In this document: positions 9,299-17,358 of the stretch, piece by piece | Layout: each line of letters opens with the position of its first letter | Position numbering within the stretch: the first letter of the stretch is position 1 | Virus record (IMG/VR): IMGVR_UViG_3300015370_000028 | Location: 1-40,454 of that record | Direction: 5' to 3' (one strand) | From: a virus | Taxonomy: Duplodnaviria > Caudoviricetes | DNA: 40,454 nt | The notes under the pieces: generated by a model | What the model saw: only the letters and a program-made list of their open reading frames with translations | Told to the model about the DNA's origin: nothing | Databases searched by the model: none | Made by a program: the position numbers and the translations under genes

Positions 9299-9395
9299 CA
9301 TACTCTCCACGACTAAAGTCAGGGGCTTTCCCGTTAGTTGTTGTAACTGAGATATTTATACCAACTCACAATACAACAAAAATAGGTATAAAATT
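9287..9395. other. structured intergenic element resembling an IS200/IS605 subterminal hairpin remnant
   Basis: CTCCACGACTAAAGTCAGGGG hairpin plus two further stems; no transposase nearby. Confidence 0.4.
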
Positions 9396-9449
9396 TGGTA
9401 ATTTAATTTTGGAAAAACAATGGACGAAAGATAAGGAAAGTGAGCGAAA

Positions 9450-9839
9450 ATGAACATAACTGAAAAAGAAATAAAAGAAATTATAGAGATATTGAATGAT
9501 GAACTTGAAGTAGATAGAGAGTTTAATATAATTTTAAATAAAGAGAAAGCAGCCAAAGCAATCCTGGATAAAATTAAGGAAAAGGAAAATTTACGAAATG
9601 AAGATTTGAGTACAATAGATATAAATGTTGAAATTGGCAGACAATTAAAAAGGCTTAGAAAATCCAGAAATATAACACAGGCAGAATTAGGTAAAAAATT
9701 AAAAATGTCTCATGCAAATATATCGGACATGGAACATGGTAAAACTAAATTAACCATAGAGAATTTATTAATTTATCAAATTATTTTTGGTAAAGAAAAT
9801 GTTGAAGATATTTTAAAAGTAATTTTTAAGAAAGGATAA
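9450..9839 (+). CDS. XRE-family HTH regulator
   Basis: IGRQLKRLRKSRNITQAELGKKLKMSHANISDMEHG. Confidence 0.85.
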   Translation: MNITEKEIKEIIEILNDELEVDREFNIILNKEKAAKAILDKIKEKENLRNEDLSTIDINVEIGRQLKRLRKSRNITQAELGKKLKMSHANISDMEHGKTKLTIENLLIYQIIFGKENVEDILKVIFKKG

Positions 9840-9841
9840 AA

Positions 9842-10642
9842 ATGGAAGATAAAATAGAAGAATATTTAGATAAAGTTAAAAAGCCTACATTAAACAAAAT
9901 AATGGCAAAAGACATTGTTGAAATTATTGAAAAGGAATATGCACATAATTTAGGTTTTACTGACTTAATGAAAGAGAATATCAATTATAAAGAAGGTTGG
10001 GAAAATGCTGTTGCTATTAGTTATGAAGCAGATAGTAAAATTGTTAAGCTTGAAAAAGAAAATGCTGACTTAGAAGAGAAGTTAAAAATATTAGAAGGGC
10101 ATTTTGACGCTCTCAATGAAGATTACCAGGATGCTGTGAAGAAAATAAAAGACCTTGAGGTTAAACTGATCTGTAGAAATGGCAGGATACTGGAACTTGA
10201 AGAACAAATTAAAGAATATGAGTTAATAAACAAGCACCATATTGATTTAATAGGCAGGCAGGAAAAGCAGATCGCAGAACTTAAAGCATGTATAGAAATG
10301 GATATAAGGCGGGTGCATAGTCAAAAATATTTAGACAGAGATGAAGTTGAAGATTTTGTAAAAGAAATTATTACTATTGCTGTTAGTACGTTTAACGATG
10401 AAGAGGGTGAACCAATAGATGATTTACCAATACAAACATGGGAAGATTTTGAAGATGATTTTAATAGGATTATTACCGCTATCTGCAAGCTTGCGTTGCC
10501 AATTATAAACGGTAAGGATAATATGGGACCTATAAAAGAAATACAATTAGGTGTATTTCCATTTAAAGATAAACACAAAGATAAACATATAGATGTATAT
10601 GGTAAAGATGGGGAAATATTAAATAATAAGGATAATATATGA
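9842..10642 (+). CDS. coiled-coil hypothetical protein
   Basis: Heptad-rich central region; RBS AAAGGA. Confidence 0.7.
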   Translation: MEDKIEEYLDKVKKPTLNKIMAKDIVEIIEKEYAHNLGFTDLMKENINYKEGWENAVAISYEADSKIVKLEKENADLEEKLKILEGHFDALNEDYQDAVKKIKDLEVKLICRNGRILELEEQIKEYELINKHHIDLIGRQEKQIAELKACIEMDIRRVHSQKYLDRDEVEDFVKEIITIAVSTFNDEEGEPIDDLPIQTWEDFEDDFNRIITAICKLALPIINGKDNMGPIKEIQLGVFPFKDKHKDKHIDVYGKDGEILNNKDNI

Positions 10643-10983
10643 ACATTGTCGACTACCGCAATGTTAAAAAAGTTTACATTGGAACGATTAAGTTTGACTC
10701 AAAACGTGAAGCACAAAGATATCAGGAATTGCTGTTACTTGAGAAAGCGCATGTTATAACCGATATCAAATGCCACCCTGAATTTGTGCTCATACCTACT
10801 TTTAAAAAGTTTGGCAAGACATACAGGGCTATAAAATATGTGGCTGATTTTGTATATACTGATTTGGAAAAAGATAAAATTATGATAGAAGATGTCAAGG
10901 GATTTTCAAGTCAATTATTTTTAGTTAAGCAAAAACTATTTGAATATTTTTATAAAGATTTAACAATAACGGTGATAAGATGA
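10639..10983 (+). CDS. DUF1064-family nuclease-like phage protein
   Basis: FDSKREAQRY, YVADFVY, IEDVKG, KQKLF. Confidence 0.85.
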   Translation: MNIVDYRNVKKVYIGTIKFDSKREAQRYQELLLLEKAHVITDIKCHPEFVLIPTFKKFGKTYRAIKYVADFVYTDLEKDKIMIEDVKGFSSQLFLVKQKLFEYFYKDLTITVIR

Positions 10984-11156
10984 ATATAGCAGAGTCAAGG
11001 CTGCAATGTGATTTTTGTGCCAATGTGATATGCGAAGAAGTAGACTATCTCAATAATATAATAATCGGCATTTACGATTGCAAACCTGTATTCTATCTGG
11101 GCAAGAGGCTTTTTATGTGCCTGGATTGTATTAAAAAATTAGAAGAAAAGGAGTGA
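10980..11156 (+). CDS. 58-aa Zn-finger protein (not in ORF track)
   Basis: CDFC...CLDC; ATGA overlap. Confidence 0.6.
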   Translation: MNIAESRLQCDFCANVICEEVDYLNNIIIGIYDCKPVFYLGKRLFMCLDCIKKLEEKE

Positions 11157-11160
11157 TTAA

Positions 11161-11568
11161 ATGGAAACAGCAGACATAACGACACTTGCGGCAAACGTAT
11201 CAAATAAAGACTTCTACTGCTGGCGCCCTGATGACAAACCTGATAAGAGGACATACTGGCTTGAGCGTGGCAGAACGGAGCTTGAGAAGCGCCTGAAGGA
11301 GTTTAACAGCTATGTCCATGCGGTAAACCCTATGGGGCTGGATTACCTATTTATAATCCTTGAAGTCATAAAGACAATACTGATATCGGATATCAGGGTT
11401 GACAATAAAGGTATAGATGAGATATACCTGATGATAGCCGATAGGGTTGTAAGTGAGATGGAGAGCAAAAAAGAAGATATAAAAAAACAAAATGATATGA
11501 TAAACACGGGGCACAGGGTAGCAGGTGCAGGGCTTATTGTGCCGCCGAGATTTGCACCTAAGAATTAA
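11161..11568 (+). CDS. hypothetical protein
   Basis: RBS AAGGAGTG; operon context. Confidence 0.7.
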   Translation: METADITTLAANVSNKDFYCWRPDDKPDKRTYWLERGRTELEKRLKEFNSYVHAVNPMGLDYLFIILEVIKTILISDIRVDNKGIDEIYLMIADRVVSEMESKKEDIKKQNDMINTGHRVAGAGLIVPPRFAPKN

Positions 11569-11576
11569 TAATTAGC

Positions 11577-11864
11577 ATGACGAGGGATATTATCGAAAAA
11601 GTTAAAGACCTGGACACGACCATAAATATCGATATTAGAGATAATGAACACTACCGTCAGTTTGCTGATTGCTATTATATTCTATGTCAGGAAACTTACA
11701 AGCTGTCAAAAGCAACACGAAGCATATTGCAGTTTAGTAAAAGCGGATCACCAGCAGTAGCAGCCGAACCAGTCAATTACAGGAATTTAAGGTTAAAAAC
11801 AGAAATTGATGGACTAATGGATTGGATGTCAGAAAAAATAATTAAGATGTTGAAGTTAAAATAA
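11577..11864 (+). CDS. hypothetical protein
   Basis: Last + strand ORF of the early block. Confidence 0.6.
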   Translation: MTRDIIEKVKDLDTTINIDIRDNEHYRQFADCYYILCQETYKLSKATRSILQFSKSGSPAVAAEPVNYRNLRLKTEIDGLMDWMSEKIIKMLKLK

Positions 11865-11888
11865 TTGACCCCAACGGAGCAGACAGTG

Positions 11889-11917
11889 AAGGCCGGCAAG
11901 TAAACCCCACCGGCCTT
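11889..11917. terminator. GC-rich hairpin between convergent operons
   Basis: AAGGCCGG (11889-11896) pairs with CCGGCCTT (11910-11917); 13-nt loop; no clear U-tract. Confidence 0.45.
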
Positions 11918-11975
11918 AACTAATTATTTAGTCTTTACATTTTTAACATTTCACCTTCCTTATTTATAATAATAT

Positions 11976-12200
11976 TTAATATTTCCAATCATGCAGAAAG
12001 CTGCTGAACCAGTCTTTCCAGAAAACAACATCAATGGCTTTACATGTCTTATTGCTACGAACCATTGTGCAAAGTGCTGGAGTATCGTATCCGCCATATC
12101 GGATAGAGAATGTATAATTTTCGGTTTCTATGGTATCACCGTCTTTAAAGTCTGAACCCTTGTACTTGCGTAAATCTTTTTTATTTATTTGGTAATACAT
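11976..12200 (-). CDS. hypothetical protein (74 aa)
   Basis: MYYQINKKDLRK...; RBS AGGAG on the minus strand. Confidence 0.7.
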   Translation of the reverse strand: MYYQINKKDLRKYKGSDFKDGDTIETENYTFSIRYGGYDTPALCTMVRSNKTCKAIDVVFWKDWFSSFLHDWKY

Positions 12201-12280
12201 TTCATTTCTCCTTTCTTTTTGTTTTAATATCTTCAACTAACTCCACTAATAAATATATCAATGGAGTTAGATTCAGGATA

Positions 12281-12421
12281 TTAAGATTTCATGATTTTGA
12301 CTGGTGTTAATATCGTCCCACCAGTTTCGGGGTTATTTATCATAATATATTTTTGGCTTCCGATTGTAGTTTTATAACTTTTAGGATAATCTTTCCAATC
12401 TTCTTTAGTTATCTCTTTCAT
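12281..12421 (-). CDS. 46-aa protein (not in ORF track)
   Basis: MKEITKEDWKDYPKSYKTTIGSQKYIMINNPETGGTILTPVKIMKS; RBS GAGGAGG. Confidence 0.7.
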   Translation of the reverse strand: MKEITKEDWKDYPKSYKTTIGSQKYIMINNPETGGTILTPVKIMKS

Positions 12422-12452
12422 TTTCTTTCCTCCTCTTACTTTATAAAATTAA

Positions 12453-12587
12453 TTAATCGTCTTCTTCTTCAACTTCGTCTATGCGCTCGATGTAATATAA
12501 CCACTTCTTAATATTTGGAGTGTCGTTCCATTTAACGGCATACTCCAGCTGGCCCTCCATTAATTTTAATTCTTCCTTTTTAGTCAT
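12453..12587 (-). CDS. 44-aa acidic protein (not in ORF track)
   Basis: MTKKEELKLMEGQLEYAVKWNDTPNIKKWLYYIERIDEVEEEDD; RBS GGAGG. Confidence 0.7.
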   Translation of the reverse strand: MTKKEELKLMEGQLEYAVKWNDTPNIKKWLYYIERIDEVEEEDD

Positions 12588-12589
12588 TT

Positions 12590-12718
12590 TTAACCTCCAA
12601 ATGTGTTATAGCTGCAATTATTGTATTTTTTATCGTAATACCAACAATCAATACAATCATTATCCGGCTTTTTAAATTCACATGTTTTCTCGTCGTATGT
12701 TTCATCTTTACATTTCAT
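12590..12718 (-). CDS. 42-aa Cys-rich protein (not in ORF track)
   Basis: MKCKDETYDEKTCEFKKPDNDCIDCWYYDKKYNNCSYNTFGG; RBS GGAAGGA. Confidence 0.65.
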   Translation of the reverse strand: MKCKDETYDEKTCEFKKPDNDCIDCWYYDKKYNNCSYNTFGG

Positions 12719-12738
12719 TGTTTTTTCCTTCCCTAAAA

Positions 12739-12852
12739 TTATTTATGATTTGGACATTCCTGACAGTCCCCATGATCCCGCTCGCATAGAGCGCATGGAT
12801 CACGCTTTACAAGCTTGCGAATATAAGCGTTGGCCTGTGATGCTGCTGACAT
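12739..12852 (-). CDS. 37-aa Zn-finger peptide
   Basis: MSAASQANAY...CALC...CQEC; RBS AAGGGAG; start downstream of the promoter (track start 12924 lies upstream of it). Confidence 0.65.
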   Translation of the reverse strand: MSAASQANAYIRKLVKRDPCALCERDHGDCQECPNHK

Positions 12853-12885
12853 TGTTTCTCCCTTCCTATTTAATATTCTACGCTC

Positions 12886-12914
12886 AAGATAGCACGGAAT
12901 ATATATAATGTCAA
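12886..12914 (-). promoter_or_regulatory. sigma70-type promoter with extended -10
   Basis: On the minus strand: TTGACA, 17-bp spacer ending TGc, TATCTT; AT-rich upstream tract. Confidence 0.8.
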
Positions 12915-13164
12915 GTACTTTCATATATAAATATAAAGTATTTTAATATATACAATGCAGGATAAAAACAAACAGCGAGAGGCAAAACAAACACAAGTAA
13001 CAAACACATCAGCATGTATGCGATGCTGCAGGACCTGCGATCTTGCGCCCTGGTAAACTGGGCATACAATACCATTGCCTGGCAAATTCTAATGCCTTAA
13101 AATGGCTTGTAGCAAGTCAGTTATTATAAAAACAATACAAGTTACTATAAAATTAGCTTAATAC

Positions 13165-13194
13165 TTGACAAACGCCCTGCCAGCAGACTAAAAT
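13165..13194 (+). promoter_or_regulatory. sigma70-type promoter upstream of the packaging/late block
   Basis: TTGACA (13165-13170), 18-bp spacer, TAAAAT (13189-13194). Confidence 0.6.
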
Positions 13195-13261
13195 CTCTAT
13201 AATTAGCGAGAGCTATCACTTCAGGAAAATATCACGATCATCAAAATAACCAAATACCACA

Positions 13262-13840
13262 ATGATAAGACTAACAGACAAACAGATAACAAAAATACAC
13301 CAAACCTACGCAGTATTTAAAAGCATAAGAAAAACAGCGGCACTACTGAACTTAAAACCAAACCAGATATTCAAGACTCTAAAACAACCTTATAATATTA
13401 ATATTAATAATATATATAATAATAATAATATAAATAATAAAGATATAAATAATAAAGAAGATATTAATATAAATATAAAGGATATTAAGAAAGAGGTAAT
13501 TTCCCATAATAATATATTTAAGACTAAAATTCCTACATTAATTGATAAATTAATCTTAAAGCTTTTAAGAGAACTTAAGGTTAAATATATAGACTTAAAC
13601 CCAAGAGATTTAGCAGCATCAATTGTACAGCTCTTAAACAGCAAAATGAAAATAGAGAGCTTAAAGCTTGAAGAGTCCAAAGCCAACCTTATCCAGGAGA
13701 TATACGGCAATTATGAGAATATGTTAGCACTCTATAGGGAAATAGCAGAGCAGCAACCTGGAAGGATCATAGAAGTTAAGGAGCTTCCAGAGCCAGACAG
13801 GCCAGTATCGGAGATAAATAGACTGGTTAAGTTGACATAA
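13262..13840 (+). CDS. putative terminase small subunit (N-terminal HTH, Asn-rich linker)
   Basis: SIRKTAALLNLKPNQIFKTLK HTH; helical NPRDLAASIVQL segment; first gene of the late block. Confidence 0.5.
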   Translation: MIRLTDKQITKIHQTYAVFKSIRKTAALLNLKPNQIFKTLKQPYNININNIYNNNNINNKDINNKEDININIKDIKKEVISHNNIFKTKIPTLIDKLILKLLRELKVKYIDLNPRDLAASIVQLLNSKMKIESLKLEESKANLIQEIYGNYENMLALYREIAEQQPGRIIEVKELPEPDRPVSEINRLVKLT

Positions 13841-14182
13841 ACATGATCTAATAGGCATTATTTAGATATATAGGCACATACCCACCCCCCCTCCTACGGG
13901 GTATGGACATTATAGTTATTACCCACCGATAATTTTATTATATTTTTATAATTTTATATTTTTAATATTTATTATATTTTTATTTTTTATATTTTTCTAA
14001 GCTTAGGGATTATAGGGATAGAATATAGGGTACAAATAGCGGTTTAAGACGTCTGGAAGGCTCGTAGTTAAAAGATATGGGCGAAAAGGTAGAAATGTAC
14101 TGCCTTGCCTTAAAAATAAATTTTAATCCCTTAGGATTGGCTACAGCGATTTTTATATTAATTTTATAAAAGAGGGATTATA

Positions 14183-14401
14183 ATGAAAAGTTGGTTGCAG
14201 GTTAAGTTGCACGATGAAAAGGTCAGGGCAAGAAGGGCTTTGAAAAAGAAAATTGTACGGGCAATGTTTTTAAAGCCAATTGATAAATACCCTGAACTCA
14301 AGAATAAAAGAGATGCAGCTCTAAAGAAAAAACGATGGAGTTTTATAGAGTGGATAAAGAAATTATTTTTTAAAATTTTTCGCAAAACGAAAGGAGCCTA
14401 A
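14183..14401 (+). CDS. small basic hypothetical protein
   Basis: RBS GAGGGA; K/R-rich. Confidence 0.6.
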   Translation: MKSWLQVKLHDEKVRARRALKKKIVRAMFLKPIDKYPELKNKRDAALKKKRWSFIEWIKKLFFKIFRKTKGA

Positions 14402-14402
14402 C

Positions 14403-14708
14403 ATGGCAAATCAGGATATAATTAACGCATTAAGTTTAGGTGGTGGGCAAGGTATGCCTTCACCTTCTGCACCTCCTGGTATGGGTGCACCTATAGGAAT
14501 AGGCGGAGCCCCGCAGGGAATGGGCGTGCAGGGTGGTGGAGATGTTGAAAATCAGATCAACCAATTTTTGATATCGCTTCCATTGCCTGTAAAAAAAGCA
14601 GTGGTTGACGCACTTTACAAATCACAAGGGGCGCAGGGTCAGGGGCAACCTCAAGGGATGCCTATGGGCGCAGGTATGGGTGCTGGTATGAGACCTGGCG
14701 GCATATAA
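14403..14708 (+). CDS. Gly/Pro/Gln/Met-rich protein sharing a motif with the portal C-terminus
   Basis: RBS AAGGAG; NQDIINALSLGGGQGM. Confidence 0.7.
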   Translation: MANQDIINALSLGGGQGMPSPSAPPGMGAPIGIGGAPQGMGVQGGGDVENQINQFLISLPLPVKKAVVDALYKSQGAQGQGQPQGMPMGAGMGAGMRPGGI

Positions 14709-14714
14709 AAATAA

Positions 14715-14903
14715 ATGGAAAATTACAACAGGATGCAAACCTTTAAGATAAAAACAAGAGATGCAATGGACAAATTTATAGAGGAGGAACTTGAACAGCC
14801 GATTGCATATGAAAAGCTAAGGCAAAAGGAGAAGCTGCGAAAGCCTGATAAGAAAAGACATTCAAACAAATGGGACAGAAGAAGGGAGAACATGGGGAAA
14901 TGA
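14715..14903 (+). CDS. small basic hypothetical protein
   Basis: Fills the gap; ATGA overlap with the acetyltransferase. Confidence 0.55.
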   Translation: MENYNRMQTFKIKTRDAMDKFIEEELEQPIAYEKLRQKEKLRKPDKKRHSNKWDRRRENMGK

Positions 14904-15553
14904 AACTTTGTATCTTTGGAAGCGGAGGCGGTGCACTGCACATTTTGCAGGACGGCATGTGGTTTGACAGCGCAGGAGAGGAAAAAGATTTTGATAGGGA
15001 CGAAATAGTCTTTGTAGTGGACAACCAGTATTACACCACGGATACAATCAGGATATATGGCAGCGATTACCATGTAATGCCGTACAACGAGTGCTACGAA
15101 ATGGGTGTAGAATACGGACACATATCGGCATTTGACTGCAAGTACAAAAAACGGATTGCAAAAGAAAACGGACAGATTATTTGGTTAAATTCATATGCCG
15201 AAGATTTCAAAATATATAAGGGTATTGACATGGGACACGGAGTAAGGATTAACCCAATGTGCTACATAGACAGCAGGGTTAAAATAGGAAACCATGTAAA
15301 AATAAACTCTCAAAGTTTTATTGGACATGACAGTTCTATCGGCGGCTACAGTTACATTTCGCAGCATGTAGTTTTGGACAATAACGTTACAGTTGGTGAA
15401 GGTTGCTGTATATTTGAAGGTTCGATACTTATGCCAAAAGTCCACATTGGGAACAACACGGTTATAGGGGCAGGGTCAGTTGTTACAAAAGATATCCCTG
15501 CAAATGTTGTCGCTTACGGCTCACCATGTAAGGTGGTGAGAGGCAATGATTAA
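14900..15553 (+). CDS. sugar acetyltransferase, PglD/NeuD-like hexapeptide-repeat family
   Basis: N-terminal Rossmann-like IFGSGG; FIGHDSSIG; IGAGSVVTKDIPANVVAYGSPCK; start at the ATGA overlap 14900. Confidence 0.9.
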   Translation: MKLCIFGSGGGALHILQDGMWFDSAGEEKDFDRDEIVFVVDNQYYTTDTIRIYGSDYHVMPYNECYEMGVEYGHISAFDCKYKKRIAKENGQIIWLNSYAEDFKIYKGIDMGHGVRINPMCYIDSRVKIGNHVKINSQSFIGHDSSIGGYSYISQHVVLDNNVTVGEGCCIFEGSILMPKVHIGNNTVIGAGSVVTKDIPANVVAYGSPCKVVRGND

Positions 15554-16640
15554 TGTTTTCGGTTGCCTGACAGGTGCAGAAGAGCTGGAAGAGATAAAAA
15601 GCAGTATGGACGCACAGTGGATGGGCATGGGTCCAAAAGTTGAAAAGTTTGAAAAACTTATGAGTGGTAAAATAGGACTTGATTTTGTGGCGGTTGACAA
15701 CTGCTCAAATGCCCTGTATATGGCACTAAAGATTTTGGATTTGCCAAAAGGCAGTGAGGTAATAGTACCTGCAATAACATGGATAAGCTGTGCAAATGCA
15801 GTAATAGTTGCAGGACTGACACCCATATTTGCAGACTGCGACTACGACACGATAAATGTTACAGACGAAACTATCACGGAAGTTATAACAAAAAGGACAA
15901 AAGCAATTATGATTGTGCATTACGCAGGACTTCCCACAGAGATTAATGCAACCCTACCTGTCATAGCAGATTGTGCACATGCAATTGATACTTACAATTC
16001 AGGATATCACATAGCAAAACTTTCAGACATATCGGTATTTTCATTTGACCCTATAAAAAATATAGCGACTTGCGAACTTGGTGGCATTACAGCGCTTAAC
16101 CCAGCATATACCAGTAAAGCAAGAAGCTTGCGTTACTGCGGAGTATTAAAGTCAGGATATCAGGCGTCATCGGATAAAAACAGATGGTGGGAGTATGAAG
16201 TTGGAGCACCATTTATTAAAATGCTGCCCAATGACATAAGCGCAAGCATTGCAATAGCACAGTTTGAAAAACTTTCACGATTGCAGTCAAAGAGAAAAGC
16301 CATCTGGGACACATACCAGCAGCAGTTTAAAGATTTGGATTGGTGTTTGACGCCGCCGCCGATACCCGAATATGTCCAACATAGCTATTTCACTTATTAT
16401 TTGAGAATATTAAATGGCAAACGGGATGAGTTAGCAAAGTTTCTTTTAGATAATGGGATATATACCACAGTCCGTTATCAGCCATTACATCTTATAAAAA
16501 GTTACCAGTGTCAGCAGAAATTGCCTGTAGCCGAGCTTTTAAACGAGCAATTAATTAATTTGCCGCTTCACCCGTCAATTACTTCCGAACAGTTGGTATA
16601 CATTGTGGGAAAGGTGGTGCAGTTTGGCAAAGGAAAATAA
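15546..16640 (+). CDS. DegT/DnrJ/EryC1/StrS PLP-dependent sugar aminotransferase
   Basis: EVIVPAITW, IMIVHYAG, IADCAHA, FSFDPIKNI (PLP lysine), INLPLHP. Confidence 0.95.
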   Translation: MINVFGCLTGAEELEEIKSSMDAQWMGMGPKVEKFEKLMSGKIGLDFVAVDNCSNALYMALKILDLPKGSEVIVPAITWISCANAVIVAGLTPIFADCDYDTINVTDETITEVITKRTKAIMIVHYAGLPTEINATLPVIADCAHAIDTYNSGYHIAKLSDISVFSFDPIKNIATCELGGITALNPAYTSKARSLRYCGVLKSGYQASSDKNRWWEYEVGAPFIKMLPNDISASIAIAQFEKLSRLQSKRKAIWDTYQQQFKDLDWCLTPPPIPEYVQHSYFTYYLRILNGKRDELAKFLLDNGIYTTVRYQPLHLIKSYQCQQKLPVAELLNEQLINLPLHPSITSEQLVYIVGKVVQFGKGK

Positions 16641-17358
16641 AATAGCAATTTTTATTTCAACATACAATCAGGGGCAATTTTTACTACCAAATTGTTTATG
16701 GTTTATAGCCCAGCAGACATATAAGGACTTTATATGTGTGGTAGGTGATGACCAGAGCAGCGACAATACTAAAGAAGTGGTAGAGAATATATGCAAACAG
16801 GACAAAAGATTTATATATCACCTAACGCCTAAAAAATATTTCAGGAACGCTTTATTTTATAACTGGGCAGCAAAAGAGTACAAAACCAAATATATTATAA
16901 CCTGCGACGGGGACAATTATTTATACGAGGATTGTGTTGCTGCAAGACTTGAGGCAATAGAAATTGGAGGCGATGTCGCAGTTTACTCTTACAGCGATGT
17001 TTTGTTCTGGGACGAAAAAAGAGAAAAAATTATAAGCCAGTATGTTCGGGGCAGGCAGTGGAACTTAAACGATTATGTCTACTACACTTCCTTTAACAAT
17101 TATATCGATATGTGCGACATAATCTTTGACCGCAAGGCATATCTTGATGTGGGCGGATATTTTGAGAGCGGCATAGGTTTTCAGGATTATTCGATAATGA
17201 TAAGGCTTGCAATGAAATACAGTAACCGTATCGGGTGTTTGCCGAAAATATTGACGCAGTATAACAGTTTTACCGATGGGCAGTGCAGAGCAGTCGACTC
17301 GTCAGAAGAGGCTCATAAAAATTGTTTTTCCGATGACCCGAAGGACTGGCAGCTATGA
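16624..17358 (+). CDS. glycosyltransferase family 2
   Basis: ISTYNQ, VGDDQSSDNT, CDGD (DxD), FQDY; TTG start inferred from RBS AAGGTGG. Confidence 0.9.
   Translation: MAKENKIAIFISTYNQGQFLLPNCLWFIAQQTYKDFICVVGDDQSSDNTKEVVENICKQDKRFIYHLTPKKYFRNALFYNWAAKEYKTKYIITCDGDNYLYEDCVAARLEAIEIGGDVAVYSYSDVLFWDEKREKIISQYVRGRQWNLNDYVYYTSFNNYIDMCDIIFDRKAYLDVGGYFESGIGFQDYSIMIRLAMKYSNRIGCLPKILTQYNSFTDGQCRAVDSSEEAHKNCFSDDPKDWQL

Noticed and set aside
12960-13100. Small hairpins (CAGCAT/ATGCTG, GCCC/GGGC) as tRNA or ncRNA
   Set aside because: No cloverleaf, T-loop or recognizable family; stems short enough to be chance
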